Origin: Candidatus Altiarchaeota archaeon
Lineage (GTDB): Archaea > Altiarchaeota > Altiarchaeia > IMC4 > QMZM01
Assembly: GCA_038891095.1 (NCBI GenBank)
Contig: JAWAEV010000003.1
Location: forward strand, 31,629-95,628
DNA length: 64,000 nucleotides
Direction of reading: 5' to 3'
Below the pieces are notes generated by a model. That model searched no databases. It was given only the letters and a program-made list of their open reading frames with translations, and was not told the origin of the DNA. This document shows positions 39,466 to 49,927 of the stretch, one piece after another (position 1 is the stretch's first letter; each line of letters opens with the position of its first letter). The position numbers were made by a program, and so were the translations under genes.

Positions 39466-39839
39466 TAAAAATTTTTATAGATACTAATTTTTGGCTTTTA
39501 CCCTATATTAAAAAGATTGACATTTTTTCTGAGATAGAAAGACTTGTTCCCGAGAAATATGAAATTTTAGTTTCTGAAAGTGTTATAGAAGAGTTAAAAA
39601 AAATTCAAAAAAAAGGTAATGGTAAGGAGAAAATAGCTGCGGAAATAGCCCTTATTTTAATTGAAAAGAAAGCAAAGAAAATTCCAAATGGAAAAAATAC
39701 TGATAAATTAATATTAAAAATTTCTGAAAAAGAGAATATGATTATTTGCACAAATGATAAAAATCTCAGAAAAAAACTAAAAGAAAAAAGTTTGAGGGTT
39801 ATAGGAATGAGAGGAAAAGAAAAATTAAGTTTTATATGA
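39462..39839 (+). CDS. PIN-domain ribonuclease (Fcf1/Utp24-like)
   Basis: DTNF, V..EL, TD, TND..L; ATGA-coupled to eif2g, its usual neighbour. Confidence 0.9.
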   Translation: MIKIFIDTNFWLLPYIKKIDIFSEIERLVPEKYEILVSESVIEELKKIQKKGNGKEKIAAEIALILIEKKAKKIPNGKNTDKLILKISEKENMIICTNDKNLRKKLKEKSLRVIGMRGKEKLSFI

Positions 39840-41808
39840 AAAGTGGAGCAAAAACTAAGGAGACAACAGACATTAACTTTATAAGAATGTTTAATGATGG
39901 TCCTGCAGTGTCCTTAAACGGATCACCAACAGTATCACCTATAACAGCAGCTTTATGGGTTTCAGAGCCTTTACCACCAAAGTTTCCTTGTTCAATGAAT
40001 TTTTTTGCATTATCCCAAGAAGCTCCTGAATTTGCCATCATTACAGCTAATAAAAATCCTGTAGAAGTTGCACCAATCAATAAACCTCCAAGAGCCTCAG
40101 CACCTAATGTAAAACCAATTAAAATTGGAGCTAAGATAGCCATAGAACCTGGAATCAGCATCTCTTTTACTGCTGTTTTTGTACTTATATCAACGCATTT
40201 TGCGTAATCTGCTTTTGTTTTTCCCTCCATCAGGCCATTTATCTCTTTGAATTGTCTTCTAACCTCATTGACAACTTGAAAAGCTGCTTTTCCAACAGCA
40301 TCCATTGTGAATGAGCAAAATAAAAATGGTAACATTCCACCAATAAATAATCCGGCAATTACATTAGCATCAGAAATATTTATAACTTTTAAACCAGTTA
40401 CAGAGCAATATGCTGAAATTAGTGCTAATGCAGTTAGTGCCGCTGATGCTATTGCAAAGCCTTTGCCTGTTGCAGCAGTTGTATTTCCAAGAGCATCTAA
40501 TGCATCTGTCATCTTCCTTATTTTTTCTCCTAATTTCGCCATTTCTGCTATACCGCCAGCGTTATCAGCTATTGGTCCATATGCATCTGTTGACATTGTA
40601 ATCCCAAGAGTTGAGAGCATTCCAACAGCTGCTATAGCAACCCCATAAATTCCAGCAATTTTATATGTAAGTACAATTGCTAAAGAAATAATTAAAATTG
40701 GAAAAAAAGTACTTTTCATACCAACAGAAAGTCCTTTTATTATCGTTGTTCCAGCACCAGTTTTAGAAGCTTCTGCAACTTTTTTTGTTGGCCCATATGA
40801 AGATGATGTATAATACTCTGTTAATAAACCAATAGCCACTCCTGAAATTAAACCTACTAAAACAGAATAGAAAATTTCAATTTTTCCGATTAGGAATTCA
40901 ATTAAAAAATAACTTGCAATTACTATAAATAAAGCAGTTATGAAAATCCCTTTTCTCAATGCAAAAAGAAGTTCTGCAATTTCAGCATCTTCTTTTGTTG
41001 ATACAAAAAATGTACCAAGAATTGACGCTAAAACTCCTAAGGAAGCAATTAACAAAGGCAAAAGAATTATTTCATCTCCATAAATTTTTGTGACAGTTAA
41101 AGAAAGAATCATAGCAGCAATTATTGAATTCACATAGCTTTCAAAAAGATCAGCACCCATACCACAGACATCACCAACATTGTCCCCAACATTATCAGCA
41201 ATAACTGCTGGATTACGAGGATCATCTTCAGGAATTCCCTTTTCAACTTTACCAACTAAATCAGCACCAACATCAGCACCTTTAGTGTAAATGCCACCAC
41301 CAACTCTTGCAAATAATGCTATAGAGGAAGCACCTAATCCAAAACCATTTATAAAATTTGGATCTTTTAAAATTTCATAAAAGAAGTATATACCTAAGAT
41401 ACCTAAACCAACAACTGAGAGCCCCATAATAGTACCGCCAGAAAATGCAACTTTTAATGCTTTATCAATGCTGACCTTTGCTGCTTCAGCAGTTCTTGAA
41501 TTAGAACGAACTGCAATACTTAAACCTAAAAATCCAGCCATTGCTGAGCAAGTAGCTCCACCAATGTATGCAAGTGCTGTATTTAGATTTATAAAAATTC
41601 CTAAAATTGTTGTCATAACAATAGCGAAAATTAGAATTATAGAATATTCTCTCTTTAAAAAAGCCATTGCACCTGCCTTTATAGCATCTGAAATTTCCTG
41701 CATTTTCTCATCTCCAGGATTTTCTTTCAAAATTTTAAAAATCAGATAAGCAACAAATAACATCGCAAAAATTCCGGAGGCCAATGGTAAAATCTCTAAG
41801 TTTGTCAT
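39832..41808 (-). CDS. hppA: Membrane ion-translocating pyrophosphatase (K+-dependent type, probably Na+-pumping)
   Basis: [34 protein letters not shown] (Ala = K+-dependent), [10 protein letters not shown]. Confidence 0.96.
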   Translation of the reverse strand: MTNLEILPLASGIFAMLFVAYLIFKILKENPGDEKMQEISDAIKAGAMAFLKREYSIILIFAIVMTTILGIFINLNTALAYIGGATCSAMAGFLGLSIAVRSNSRTAEAAKVSIDKALKVAFSGGTIMGLSVVGLGILGIYFFYEILKDPNFINGFGLGASSIALFARVGGGIYTKGADVGADLVGKVEKGIPEDDPRNPAVIADNVGDNVGDVCGMGADLFESYVNSIIAAMILSLTVTKIYGDEIILLPLLIASLGVLASILGTFFVSTKEDAEIAELLFALRKGIFITALFIVIASYFLIEFLIGKIEIFYSVLVGLISGVAIGLLTEYYTSSSYGPTKKVAEASKTGAGTTIIKGLSVGMKSTFFPILIISLAIVLTYKIAGIYGVAIAAVGMLSTLGITMSTDAYGPIADNAGGIAEMAKLGEKIRKMTDALDALGNTTAATGKGFAIASAALTALALISAYCSVTGLKVINISDANVIAGLFIGGMLPFLFCSFTMDAVGKAAFQVVNEVRRQFKEINGLMEGKTKADYAKCVDISTKTAVKEMLIPGSMAILAPILIGFTLGAEALGGLLIGATSTGFLLAVMMANSGASWDNAKKFIEQGNFGGKGSETHKAAVIGDTVGDPFKDTAGPSLNILIKLMSVVSLVFAPLFI

Positions 41809-41876
41809 TTTCAAACATAAAAATTTAAAACTTTAATGAATTAGTTTTTATATTAAAAAAATAAAAATAAGATTGG

Positions 41877-41994
41877 GCCCATGTGGGGTAGTTCGGATTA
41901 TCCTAGAGGACTGCGGTAACATTTCTTTCTTTCAAAGAAAGAAGTGTAATTTTGCAGAAATCCTCTGACCCGGGTTCAAATCCCGGCATGGGCA
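41877..41994 (+). tRNA. tRNA-Arg(GCG) with 43-nt intron (41917-41959) at position 37/38
   Basis: GCCCATG/CATGGGC acceptor stem; GAGGA-CT-GCG-G[intron]A-TCCTC; CCGGGTTCAAATCCCGG; intron GCAG pairs with CTGC (BHB). Confidence 0.93.
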
Positions 41995-42025
41995 ATTTTT
42001 TATCCATAAAGTAAATATAATAAAG

Positions 42026-42256
42026 ATGGCAATTGACAAAGAAAAAATTCAGAAAGAGGGAATAAAAATTTTGGAGGAATTTTCAGAGCAATTGAAAAAT
42101 TTGCCTGAAACTAAGGAAACCCATTATGTTCTTGATATAAAAAATATCCTTAGAGAAGATAAAGAATGCGTATTAAAGAAAAATTTTAGAGAGAAGTTGA
42201 AGAGAATTGCTCCAAGAGTTGAAGAAAATTATATTGTTGCTGAGAAAGGAATTTAG
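42026..42256 (+). CDS. gatC: Asp-tRNA(Asn) amidotransferase subunit C (archaeal)
   Basis: I..E...I..EFS..L, ET.YV....N.LRED, AP.....YI.AEKG. Confidence 0.8.
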   Translation: MAIDKEKIQKEGIKILEEFSEQLKNLPETKETHYVLDIKNILREDKECVLKKNFREKLKRIAPRVEENYIVAEKGI

Positions 42257-42257
42257 G

Positions 42258-43472
42258 ATGGATGCTGTAATTTTAGCTGCGGGTGAGGGCACAAGGTTAA
42301 GACCATTGACATTAACTCGGCCAAAACCAATGCTACCAATAGCAGGAAAACCAATTTTGCAGTGGGATTTAGAGGCATTAAAAAAATTTTTCAAAAAAGT
42401 AATTATAGTTGTTGGTTATAAGAAGGAGAGGATAATTGAGCATTTTGGAAAAAAATTTAAAAATTTAAAGTTGGAGTATATCGAGCAAAAAGAACAACTT
42501 GGGACTGGGCATGCAGTCTCTCTTCTGAAGGATCATGTTAGCAAGGAATTTTTTCTAATGAATGGCGACATTATTATTTCAGAGGAAACTATAAAAAATT
42601 TTATCAAAGATTTTTTGGAATTTAGAGCCAATATGTTAGCTGTTATTAAAGTTGAAAATCCTTCAGACTTTGGGATAGTAAAGCTCAAAGGAAATAGAAT
42701 TCAAAACATAATTGAAAAGCCATCTTTTTCAAAAGAAAATTTAGCAAATTCAGGCATATATTTTTTTAATGAAGAAATTTTCAAAGCAATAGAAAAAACT
42801 GAAAGGTCTCCGAGAGGCGAGTATGAAATTACAGATGCTATAAAAATTTTAATTCCAGAATTTTATGTTAGCTATTGCAAAGGTCGGTTGATCAATATAA
42901 GTAAGCCGTGGGACCTATTAGATGCAAATGAAATTTTGTTGAAAGAGTTAAAATTAGAGAGAGAGAAAAATGTTAAAATTGAGAAATTTTCTGTTTTAAA
43001 AGGAAAGATTCATATTGGGAAAAATTCAATTATACGTTCTGGTGCATATATTGAAGGCCCTTGTTGGATTGGAGAAAACTGTATTATAGGTCCAAATTGC
43101 TTTATAAGACCAGCAACGACAATAATGAACAACTGTAGAATTGGAAATGCAGTCGAAATAAAAAATTCTATAATTATGAACAATACAAATATATGTCATC
43201 TGAGCTATGTTGGTGACTCAATCATAGGTGAGAATTGTAATTTTGGTGCAGGCACAAAAATTGCAAATTTGAGAAATGATAGTGAAGAGGTTAGAGTTGA
43301 AATAAAAAACAAGATTGTTAGCTCAGGAAGAAGAAAATTTGGTTGCATCATGGGCGATAATGTCAAAACTGGAATAAATGTATCAATTATGCCTGGTAGA
43401 GCAATTTATCCCGACTCAATAGTTGAAGCCGGTAGCATTGTTCGCAATACTATAATGCCAACAACAGAATAA
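42258..43472 (+). CDS. glmU: Bifunctional sugar-1-phosphate nucleotidylyltransferase/acetyltransferase (GlmU-like)
   Basis: ILAAGEGTRLRPLT..RPKP, hexapeptide repeats, HLSYVGDS; ATG at 42258 preferred. Confidence 0.92.
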   Translation: MDAVILAAGEGTRLRPLTLTRPKPMLPIAGKPILQWDLEALKKFFKKVIIVVGYKKERIIEHFGKKFKNLKLEYIEQKEQLGTGHAVSLLKDHVSKEFFLMNGDIIISEETIKNFIKDFLEFRANMLAVIKVENPSDFGIVKLKGNRIQNIIEKPSFSKENLANSGIYFFNEEIFKAIEKTERSPRGEYEITDAIKILIPEFYVSYCKGRLINISKPWDLLDANEILLKELKLEREKNVKIEKFSVLKGKIHIGKNSIIRSGAYIEGPCWIGENCIIGPNCFIRPATTIMNNCRIGNAVEIKNSIIMNNTNICHLSYVGDSIIGENCNFGAGTKIANLRNDSEEVRVEIKNKIVSSGRRKFGCIMGDNVKTGINVSIMPGRAIYPDSIVEAGSIVRNTIMPTTE

Positions 43473-43574
43473 CTGAAAAAAAGAAAAATCAAGCTGAGAA
43501 TCGCTAACTAAATAATAAATTAAATTTTCATATCGTTTAACTTTAAGACTATCTGCAGAGTCATTAAACTACAG

Positions 43575-45611
43575 CTAACACTCAAATGAATTGCTAATGC
43601 ATTTTCCTAAGAAACAAGAAAATGCATTACAATCATTTGTGCAATAACTCCATGAGTCTAATGGAGCAGCTCTTTTACACCAGTTGCATCCATTATCTAT
43701 ACAAGACTTACAATCTTTGAAATCTCCACAATTTTGAGTTGGTGTTACCGGAATTGTTGTAGTTGTTTGCTGTGGTGCTGCTATGCAAGCACCATTTTGA
43801 CAACCATATAAACAATCAGTTAAATCAGAATTCTTTTTACCTTTTTCATCGCAGTAGTACTCCCAAACTTTTTTATTGCCTGAAGCGCATTCATCATAAT
43901 AATACTTGCCTTTGTAGATAACATAACCAAAAGTATAAGGATTCTTATCATCTGAATCATAACATGTTGGAGTAGTGGTTGTTGTTGCTGGTAATATACA
44001 AGCACCATTTTCGCAGCCATATTGACATTCTACATAATCATAATCTTTTTTACCTTTTGAATTGCAGTAATATTCTTTAAGTGTATTTTTTGAAATGCAA
44101 TGATCGCAATCTACCTTTTTATCATAGGTAACACATCCCGGAGTGAATTCATCTAAGGCATTATCTGTTTCAGTGCATTTGCTAATTTGTATTGTTGTTG
44201 TAGTTGTTTGTCCTGGAGCAGGTGTTGTTGTCGTGGTAGTTTGCTGTGGTGCTGCTATACAAGCACCATTTTGACATGTGTAACCTGAAGGACACTGAAT
44301 TGTTTCAGTTTGTAGAGCTTGTCCATTAGCACATGTTGGGTCTAACCAGAATTCAACAAGATAGTTTTGATATGGTGGCTGAGCACAAATATCTTTACCA
44401 GACACAGCAGACTGACCAGTTTCTTTTACTGTGTATTTTAACTCACCATAGGTATAATAAGATTTACCACAATCGCTATCTTCCCATATTAAAGTATAAC
44501 CAGTGTCCGTTTTTTGCTCAACTTTACATGAAGTTCCAGAACATTTTTTCTGTGATGGAGTTGTCGTGGTAGTTTGCTGTGGTGCTGCTATGCAAGCACC
44601 ATTTTGACAACCATATTGGCAAGTATATTGTTTAGTTCCTAACGGAACATTACCATAAGCAGAGCTACTTGTACAGTAATACTCAACCAATACATTACCG
44701 GAGCATAAATCTTTAAATTCTGCTTTCCAGCTTGGAGCGTGTGGTGTTGTTCCAGTAACTATACCATATACATAAGGACTATCCCCACCATCACTATCAC
44801 TGCAGTAATATATATACTGCTGTGATGTTGTCGTGGTAGTTTGCTGTGGTGCTGCTATGCAAGCACCATTTTGACAACCATAGGGACAAGTATATCCTAC
44901 ACTATATGGAACATTACCTGAACATCCTTGTTCACGTATAACATTACCCTCACAGTAATCATACCAATATTGCCCGGCTTGATCTTTTACGTAACCGTAT
45001 GTATAATAATTTAATCCATCAGAGTCATAACATTGTCCTGATGTAGTGGTAGTAGTTGTCACTGTACTACTAGCACAATAACCTATGCCTTGATTTGTTG
45101 TTTGACAACCATAGGGACAAGTATAATAATCGTAAGTTTTTGTGTCAGCATCTTTGCAGTAATATTCTTTAACTTTTGTGCCTGAATAACATTCATCATA
45201 GTAAAATGTTGTTCCTCCGCTTGAAGAAGTTATTGTAACATAACCTGGGGTATAAGGATAAGGCCCGCCATCGGAATCTGCGCATTGGTTTGTGGCAGCG
45301 GCAACATCTATAAATTTTCCAACTACTAAGCCAGTGTCACTGATGCATTTTCCAGATTTGCATTTTCCTGGAGAGCACCAAATATACTGAGATTTTATTT
45401 CTCCATTTGAGCAGTAGTATTCTTTTACCATTTTATCTCCGTTATAACATTCGTCAAATTTATAAACAGAATCCTTTTTCACAAACCCTTGTTCATAAAT
45501 ATTTATTCCATTATCAGAATCAACACAAGAAAATGCAGATACATTCAAAATTAAAGAAACCATAATACCTAAAGCCCCGAAAAGAAAAAATTTTTCATTT
45601 TTCATTTTCAT
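43575..45611 (-). CDS. Secreted Cys-rich modular protein (about 7 C.DSD.G modules, Thr linkers, C-terminal PSI-like domain)
   Basis: Signal peptide; repeated C.DSD.G.....G.V...D.C....EY.C...C.YGC.NGAC; QQTTTT linkers. Confidence 0.88.
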   Translation of the reverse strand: MKMKNEKFFLFGALGIMVSLILNVSAFSCVDSDNGINIYEQGFVKKDSVYKFDECYNGDKMVKEYYCSNGEIKSQYIWCSPGKCKSGKCISDTGLVVGKFIDVAAATNQCADSDGGPYPYTPGYVTITSSSGGTTFYYDECYSGTKVKEYYCKDADTKTYDYYTCPYGCQTTNQGIGYCASSTVTTTTTTSGQCYDSDGLNYYTYGYVKDQAGQYWYDYCEGNVIREQGCSGNVPYSVGYTCPYGCQNGACIAAPQQTTTTTSQQYIYYCSDSDGGDSPYVYGIVTGTTPHAPSWKAEFKDLCSGNVLVEYYCTSSSAYGNVPLGTKQYTCQYGCQNGACIAAPQQTTTTTPSQKKCSGTSCKVEQKTDTGYTLIWEDSDCGKSYYTYGELKYTVKETGQSAVSGKDICAQPPYQNYLVEFWLDPTCANGQALQTETIQCPSGYTCQNGACIAAPQQTTTTTTPAPGQTTTTTIQISKCTETDNALDEFTPGCVTYDKKVDCDHCISKNTLKEYYCNSKGKKDYDYVECQYGCENGACILPATTTTTPTCYDSDDKNPYTFGYVIYKGKYYYDECASGNKKVWEYYCDEKGKKNSDLTDCLYGCQNGACIAAPQQTTTTIPVTPTQNCGDFKDCKSCIDNGCNWCKRAAPLDSWSYCTNDCNAFSCFLGKCISNSFEC
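43765..45125. repeat. Intragenic direct repeats encoding (YG)CQNGACIAAPQQTTTT
   Basis: Copies at 43765-43809, 44227-44276, 44560-44615 and 44827-44882 (last two identical over 56 nt); partial copies near 43995-44024 and at 45101-45125. Confidence 0.92.
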
Positions 45612-45664
45612 ACTCACAAATAATAATTTTTTTTTAAACTATAAAATACTTTATTTTGAACTCT

Positions 45665-47770
45665 CTAAATAACTCTCTTTCTCAATAAAACACCAATTGC
45701 TATGAAAATAAGAATTCCGATAATAACTCCTAAGTATATAAGTCCAGTGCCTACTCCCATCCCTTCTAATTTTTTTAGGAGCTCATCTACTTTTTTAATC
45801 CCTTCCTCATTTTTTAATTCCTCAAAAATTTCCTTTGCTTTTTTTGCATTTTCACTTGCATTTTTATATTTACCTTCATTGAAAAATTTCACTGCATTTT
45901 CATAATATTCATTAGCTTCTTTATATCTTTTTACTTGAGATATAAGCGCATTACATTCTTCAATTTTTTTATCGTTTTTTGTAGCTAAGTAAATTTTTTT
46001 TGCCATTTCAGCATATTTCGAAGTATCCTCAAAATTCATAAATTCAAAATTCTTTTTTGCTTCTTCAAGATAACTTTCTGCTAACATTTCGTTTCTCCTT
46101 TTACTTATTTCTGAGAGAAGAGAGTTTGCACTTGAAATTCCACTCTCTGAGTCCATATCAGCGTAAATCTGCAATGCTTTATTTGCGTAAATTGTTGCAT
46201 TGTCCAGATCCCCATTGTTTAAAAGATCAACTGCTTTAAGATAGAACTCTCTTGCTTTTACTTCACCTTCCACAAAAATTTTTTTATTTATCTCATTTAG
46301 AAGCATGTCACACTTTATTGTCTCATCTTTATAGCCCCATTTTGCATAAATATCCATAGCTTTTGTGGCATACTCTTTCGCTTTTTTAAATTCTTCAGAA
46401 GAGTAATATTCCTGAGCAATAGCAAAATATTCATTAGCTCTTTTTATTTCTTCCTCAACTTCAGGGGATGGTAAACAATGCAATAAAATTCTGTCACATT
46501 CAATGAGACCATCAACATTATCTATGCTATGAAAAATTTTCTTTGCTTTTTCAGCCAAGTTAATTGCTTTGTCACAGTTATCCTCAAGATAAAAATTTTT
46601 TGCATCTTCAAGATATTGAAAAGCCAATTCATTTTTAATAGAATTTTCATCTAAGGAAAAGCTATAGAGTTTTTTTCCTGATACGAGAACTTCATTTTCA
46701 TTTGTTGTATATATCACATTTGATGGTTCTAAAATTTCATATTTCCATTTTTCTTTACCATCAAAATTAATAGCATGAATTTCATTATTAGCAAGAACCA
46801 ACAATTCATGCTTTCCATCATTATCCACATCAAGCTTTGCAATTCCTTCTATATCAGAAATTTCTTTTTTCCATTTTTCATTTCCTTGTGCATCTAAGCA
46901 GTAAAGAGAATTTTTACTTGCTCCAATAATGAGAGTCCCATTTTTACTTTCTAAAACTTCAACATCAAAAATCCTTTCATTAGTTTTGAAATCCCATATA
47001 AGAGCATAATTTTTAATTGCGGAAATCCCAGAAAAATGGCCTGCTATCAACTCAATTTTTTTATCATTTTCAATATCATATGCTGCAATATCCCAAACAC
47101 TTCCATTAAGCTGAATTTCTCTCTTTAATTTTCCATCTGATGTAAACACATAGATTGATGAATCTAAAGAGGAAAATATAATATCTTTTATACCATCTGA
47201 ATCAATATCCTCAAAAATACCACTTGTTATAAGTTCTGCCTTATCATAGAACCACTTTCCCTTATTTTCAATAACTTTTGAAGCTTCGTTAAATTCTCTT
47301 TCAAATGCGTATAATATATATGAGGTCACACCACCACCAGTTGCTTCACAGCTTGCAAAAATATCTAAATTTCCATCTAAGTCAGTATCTGAAACAAATA
47401 AAAATTTAACTTCTCCTGGAAATTTTGAAGTTTTCCCAAACCATTCATAGCACTTACCTGTTGCATTAGGCTCTTGACAAGGAACTTGTTTCTTATAGAT
47501 AGCAGCAGTTACCATATAACCTTTAATCCATGTGTCTAAGATGAGTTCACCTCTCTTATTCAAAACTTTAATAAGACCTTTTTCTTCTGGCTTATAATAA
47601 ATACAAGCATATATCTCTTCAGATGATGCATTCAAACTAAATGAATAAATTTTGTTTGCAGCTATTGGCCACTCCCAATTTTTTTTCAATGGCTGATAAA
47701 TTTTTGCAGTTGCATTGAAAATTCCAAATAATAAAAGACAAAATAAAACAAAAATGAAAATCTTTTTCAT
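45665..47770 (-). CDS. Membrane-anchored FG-GAP/VCBS-like beta-propeller + TPR-like helical repeat protein
   Basis: Signal peptide; DTDLDG, DIDSDG, DIENDK, DVDNDG loops with W motifs; A..Y...A..A..IY repeats; C-terminal TM + RKR. Confidence 0.85.
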   Translation of the reverse strand: MKKIFIFVLFCLLLFGIFNATAKIYQPLKKNWEWPIAANKIYSFSLNASSEEIYACIYYKPEEKGLIKVLNKRGELILDTWIKGYMVTAAIYKKQVPCQEPNATGKCYEWFGKTSKFPGEVKFLFVSDTDLDGNLDIFASCEATGGGVTSYILYAFEREFNEASKVIENKGKWFYDKAELITSGIFEDIDSDGIKDIIFSSLDSSIYVFTSDGKLKREIQLNGSVWDIAAYDIENDKKIELIAGHFSGISAIKNYALIWDFKTNERIFDVEVLESKNGTLIIGASKNSLYCLDAQGNEKWKKEISDIEGIAKLDVDNDGKHELLVLANNEIHAINFDGKEKWKYEILEPSNVIYTTNENEVLVSGKKLYSFSLDENSIKNELAFQYLEDAKNFYLEDNCDKAINLAEKAKKIFHSIDNVDGLIECDRILLHCLPSPEVEEEIKRANEYFAIAQEYYSSEEFKKAKEYATKAMDIYAKWGYKDETIKCDMLLNEINKKIFVEGEVKAREFYLKAVDLLNNGDLDNATIYANKALQIYADMDSESGISSANSLLSEISKRRNEMLAESYLEEAKKNFEFMNFEDTSKYAEMAKKIYLATKNDKKIEECNALISQVKRYKEANEYYENAVKFFNEGKYKNASENAKKAKEIFEELKNEEGIKKVDELLKKLEGMGVGTGLIYLGVIIGILIFIAIGVLLRKRVI

Positions 47771-47808
47771 CTTACTTATATTAGCAAAATTTTAAATAAA
47801 TCTCTAAG

Positions 47809-48591
47809 ATGAGAAAAATTTACATAGCTATAGCATTAATATCTTATATCATTGTTTTCATTTTAGGATTTATTTTTCACTATCTTATTTACAGTTTCTC
47901 AGAAATAGAAAAACAAAATGAAATAGAGGGATATAGCATTAATAACAATACCCAAAAATATGAAAGTTTTAATGGCCAGAGAAATTCCTTAGCTAATATA
48001 GTGGCGGTTACAAACTATGGTGAGGGTATTTTAGGAAAAGTAAATGTTGAAATTAGAGAAGGGAGAGGTAGAGTTCTGATAGAAACAAATCCATTCACGG
48101 AGCCAGATATACAATTCTCAGTTGAAACTGCATCAAAAGTTGCACAAGATTTTACAAAAATTTCGATCAAAGATAAAGATATAATCCTCTCTTTTGATGT
48201 CAGAGGAAAATTAATTGGTGGTGGCAGTGCTGGAGCAGCAATAACATCAGCGATAATTGCAGCAATCCAAAATAGAAAGGTTAGAGATGATGTTGTGATT
48301 ACTGGCACAATAGAGGCGAATGGTAATATAGGTAAAGTCTCCGGAATTCTCGAGAAAATGCAAGCAGCTTCAGAAAATAACATAAAATTTTTTCTCTTAC
48401 CAAAGGGCCAAAGATACCTTACTGTTTATGAATTGAAAACAAAAACAGAAAGGAGAGGAAATTTTATATTTGAAAGGAGATATTACTCACCAGTAGAAAT
48501 TGATCTTAAGGAATTTGCAGAAGAAGAGTTAAACATGACTGTCATTGAGATTTCCAACATAAAAGAGGCAGTTAAATACCTTCTTCTTTAG
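47809..48591 (+). CDS. Membrane-anchored S16 (Lon-like) protease domain protein lacking the ATPase
   Basis: N-terminal TM; IGGGSAGAA, ITGTI...G.IG.V.GI.EK. Confidence 0.88.
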   Translation: MRKIYIAIALISYIIVFILGFIFHYLIYSFSEIEKQNEIEGYSINNNTQKYESFNGQRNSLANIVAVTNYGEGILGKVNVEIREGRGRVLIETNPFTEPDIQFSVETASKVAQDFTKISIKDKDIILSFDVRGKLIGGGSAGAAITSAIIAAIQNRKVRDDVVITGTIEANGNIGKVSGILEKMQAASENNIKFFLLPKGQRYLTVYELKTKTERRGNFIFERRYYSPVEIDLKEFAEEELNMTVIEISNIKEAVKYLLL

Positions 48592-48595
48592 AAAA

Positions 48596-49927
48596 TTACT
48601 TGAAAATTTCACTAAGGAAAATAAAAAATTCCATGTTTTTAAAGCTTAAAATTTTTTTATCTTCAAAAATTTTAACTTTTGAGTTCTTAAGATCTTTCCC
48701 AAATCCCTCCTTTTTTTTACATATTTCGTCTAAAAGCTTTATTGCATCAGAAAATTTTCTCTCTTTATCAACTACAAATCTATCTCCTTCAATATACGCA
48801 TTTTTATACTTTTTTAAAAATTTTTCTTGGTCCTTTTCATTTGAGAATATCTTTGGGCCAAAATGGTGCTCAACATTTGGCAATTTCCATACTGAGAATT
48901 CAAAAATTAAGCAAGAACTGTTTTTTTCATCACTCCATTCATAAGCGCGAAAAATTTTAAATTCATTTTCAGATAAATTTTTCTCAATGAATTTTTTAGT
49001 TTTCCTTAGTTGTGAATAAAGAACATTCGGATTTATTCTTTTATGTTTGAAAAGGAGCATTGCAACTTTTGTTCCTCTTGCTCTTATAATATTCAATATT
49101 TTTTCTTTTTTCAAAGGTTTTTTTTCCTTAGGAAAGAAAAATTCTTTCTTAGGGTTCTGTAAGAAGTTTCTTGCTGCGAATACAAATTCAGATAATTTTT
49201 GTTTTGATATCGCAGCTGCGACATTTCTATCTTTGTCAACAGGATCAACAACAATCAGAGTAGCACCAGAAAAAAAATACTTTAGGTCCTTAGAATTCTT
49301 CCAGTGATGCTCAATATCTATGACTTCTTGCTCTTTCCAATTTGCAACATTTCTTAATGTTTTCTCAAATGAGCCATAATATAAAATTAAGAGTTCTGTT
49401 AAATACCCTGAAAAGCCTTGAATTTTTGCTTCAGCACCATAAACATTAATTCCTTTCATAAATTTCTTAAGCAATCGAATTTCATTCCTTAGAATTTCGT
49501 TATTTGCAACTTTTTCTTTTATATAGCTTGTATGTAATGGCGTACGATCAACTGCAGATTGTGGTTTTAGAACATCATAGCATGGCACTAATTCAACTCT
49601 ATACCCCTTATAAGAACCAATAACATATGGATGTTCAGCATAATCTATTTCATATCTTGCCTTCAACTTTTTGAAAATTTTTTTACCAATTTCAATGGCT
49701 TTTTGCTCTAACTCTTTCCTTGGAACATCTTTATGGAATTTTATGAAGATATCAATATCCTTCTCACTTCTTAAATCAGTTTTCTTAGCTAAAGAGCCAA
49801 CTAAAATTGGTTCTAACTTAAATTTTTTTATCTCTGAAAAAATTTTTTCAATTATTTTTGTTTCCTTTTCCTGTTCTTCCTTCGTAGGAGTTATCTCATT
49901 TAAAACTTCTTTAAGTAGTTTTTCCAT
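48596..49927 (-). CDS. cca: CCA-adding enzyme (class I)
   Basis: VGS.AK.TDL....DIDIF, YAEHPY, SAVDRTP.H, GFSGYL.ELL, DPVD..RNVAAA. Confidence 0.96.
   Translation of the reverse strand: MEKLLKEVLNEITPTKEEQEKETKIIEKIFSEIKKFKLEPILVGSLAKKTDLRSEKDIDIFIKFHKDVPRKELEQKAIEIGKKIFKKLKARYEIDYAEHPYVIGSYKGYRVELVPCYDVLKPQSAVDRTPLHTSYIKEKVANNEILRNEIRLLKKFMKGINVYGAEAKIQGFSGYLTELLILYYGSFEKTLRNVANWKEQEVIDIEHHWKNSKDLKYFFSGATLIVVDPVDKDRNVAAAISKQKLSEFVFAARNFLQNPKKEFFFPKEKKPLKKEKILNIIRARGTKVAMLLFKHKRINPNVLYSQLRKTKKFIEKNLSENEFKIFRAYEWSDEKNSSCLIFEFSVWKLPNVEHHFGPKIFSNEKDQEKFLKKYKNAYIEGDRFVVDKERKFSDAIKLLDEICKKKEGFGKDLKNSKVKIFEDKKILSFKNMEFFIFLSEIFK

Noticed and set aside
43765-44882. Direct repeats with unique spacers resembling a CRISPR array
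   Set aside because: Repeats are in-frame coding sequence, spacers are over 200 nt and irregular, and no cas genes or leader are present
20192-45335. 17-nt exact match ccaactactaagccagt between the presenilin gene and the Cys-rich gene
   Set aside because: A single short match of this length is plausible by chance in 64 kb of biased sequence
43575-47770. Diversity-generating retroelement acting on the surface proteins
   Set aside because: No reverse transcriptase and no template/variable repeat pair with adenine-specific mismatches in the window
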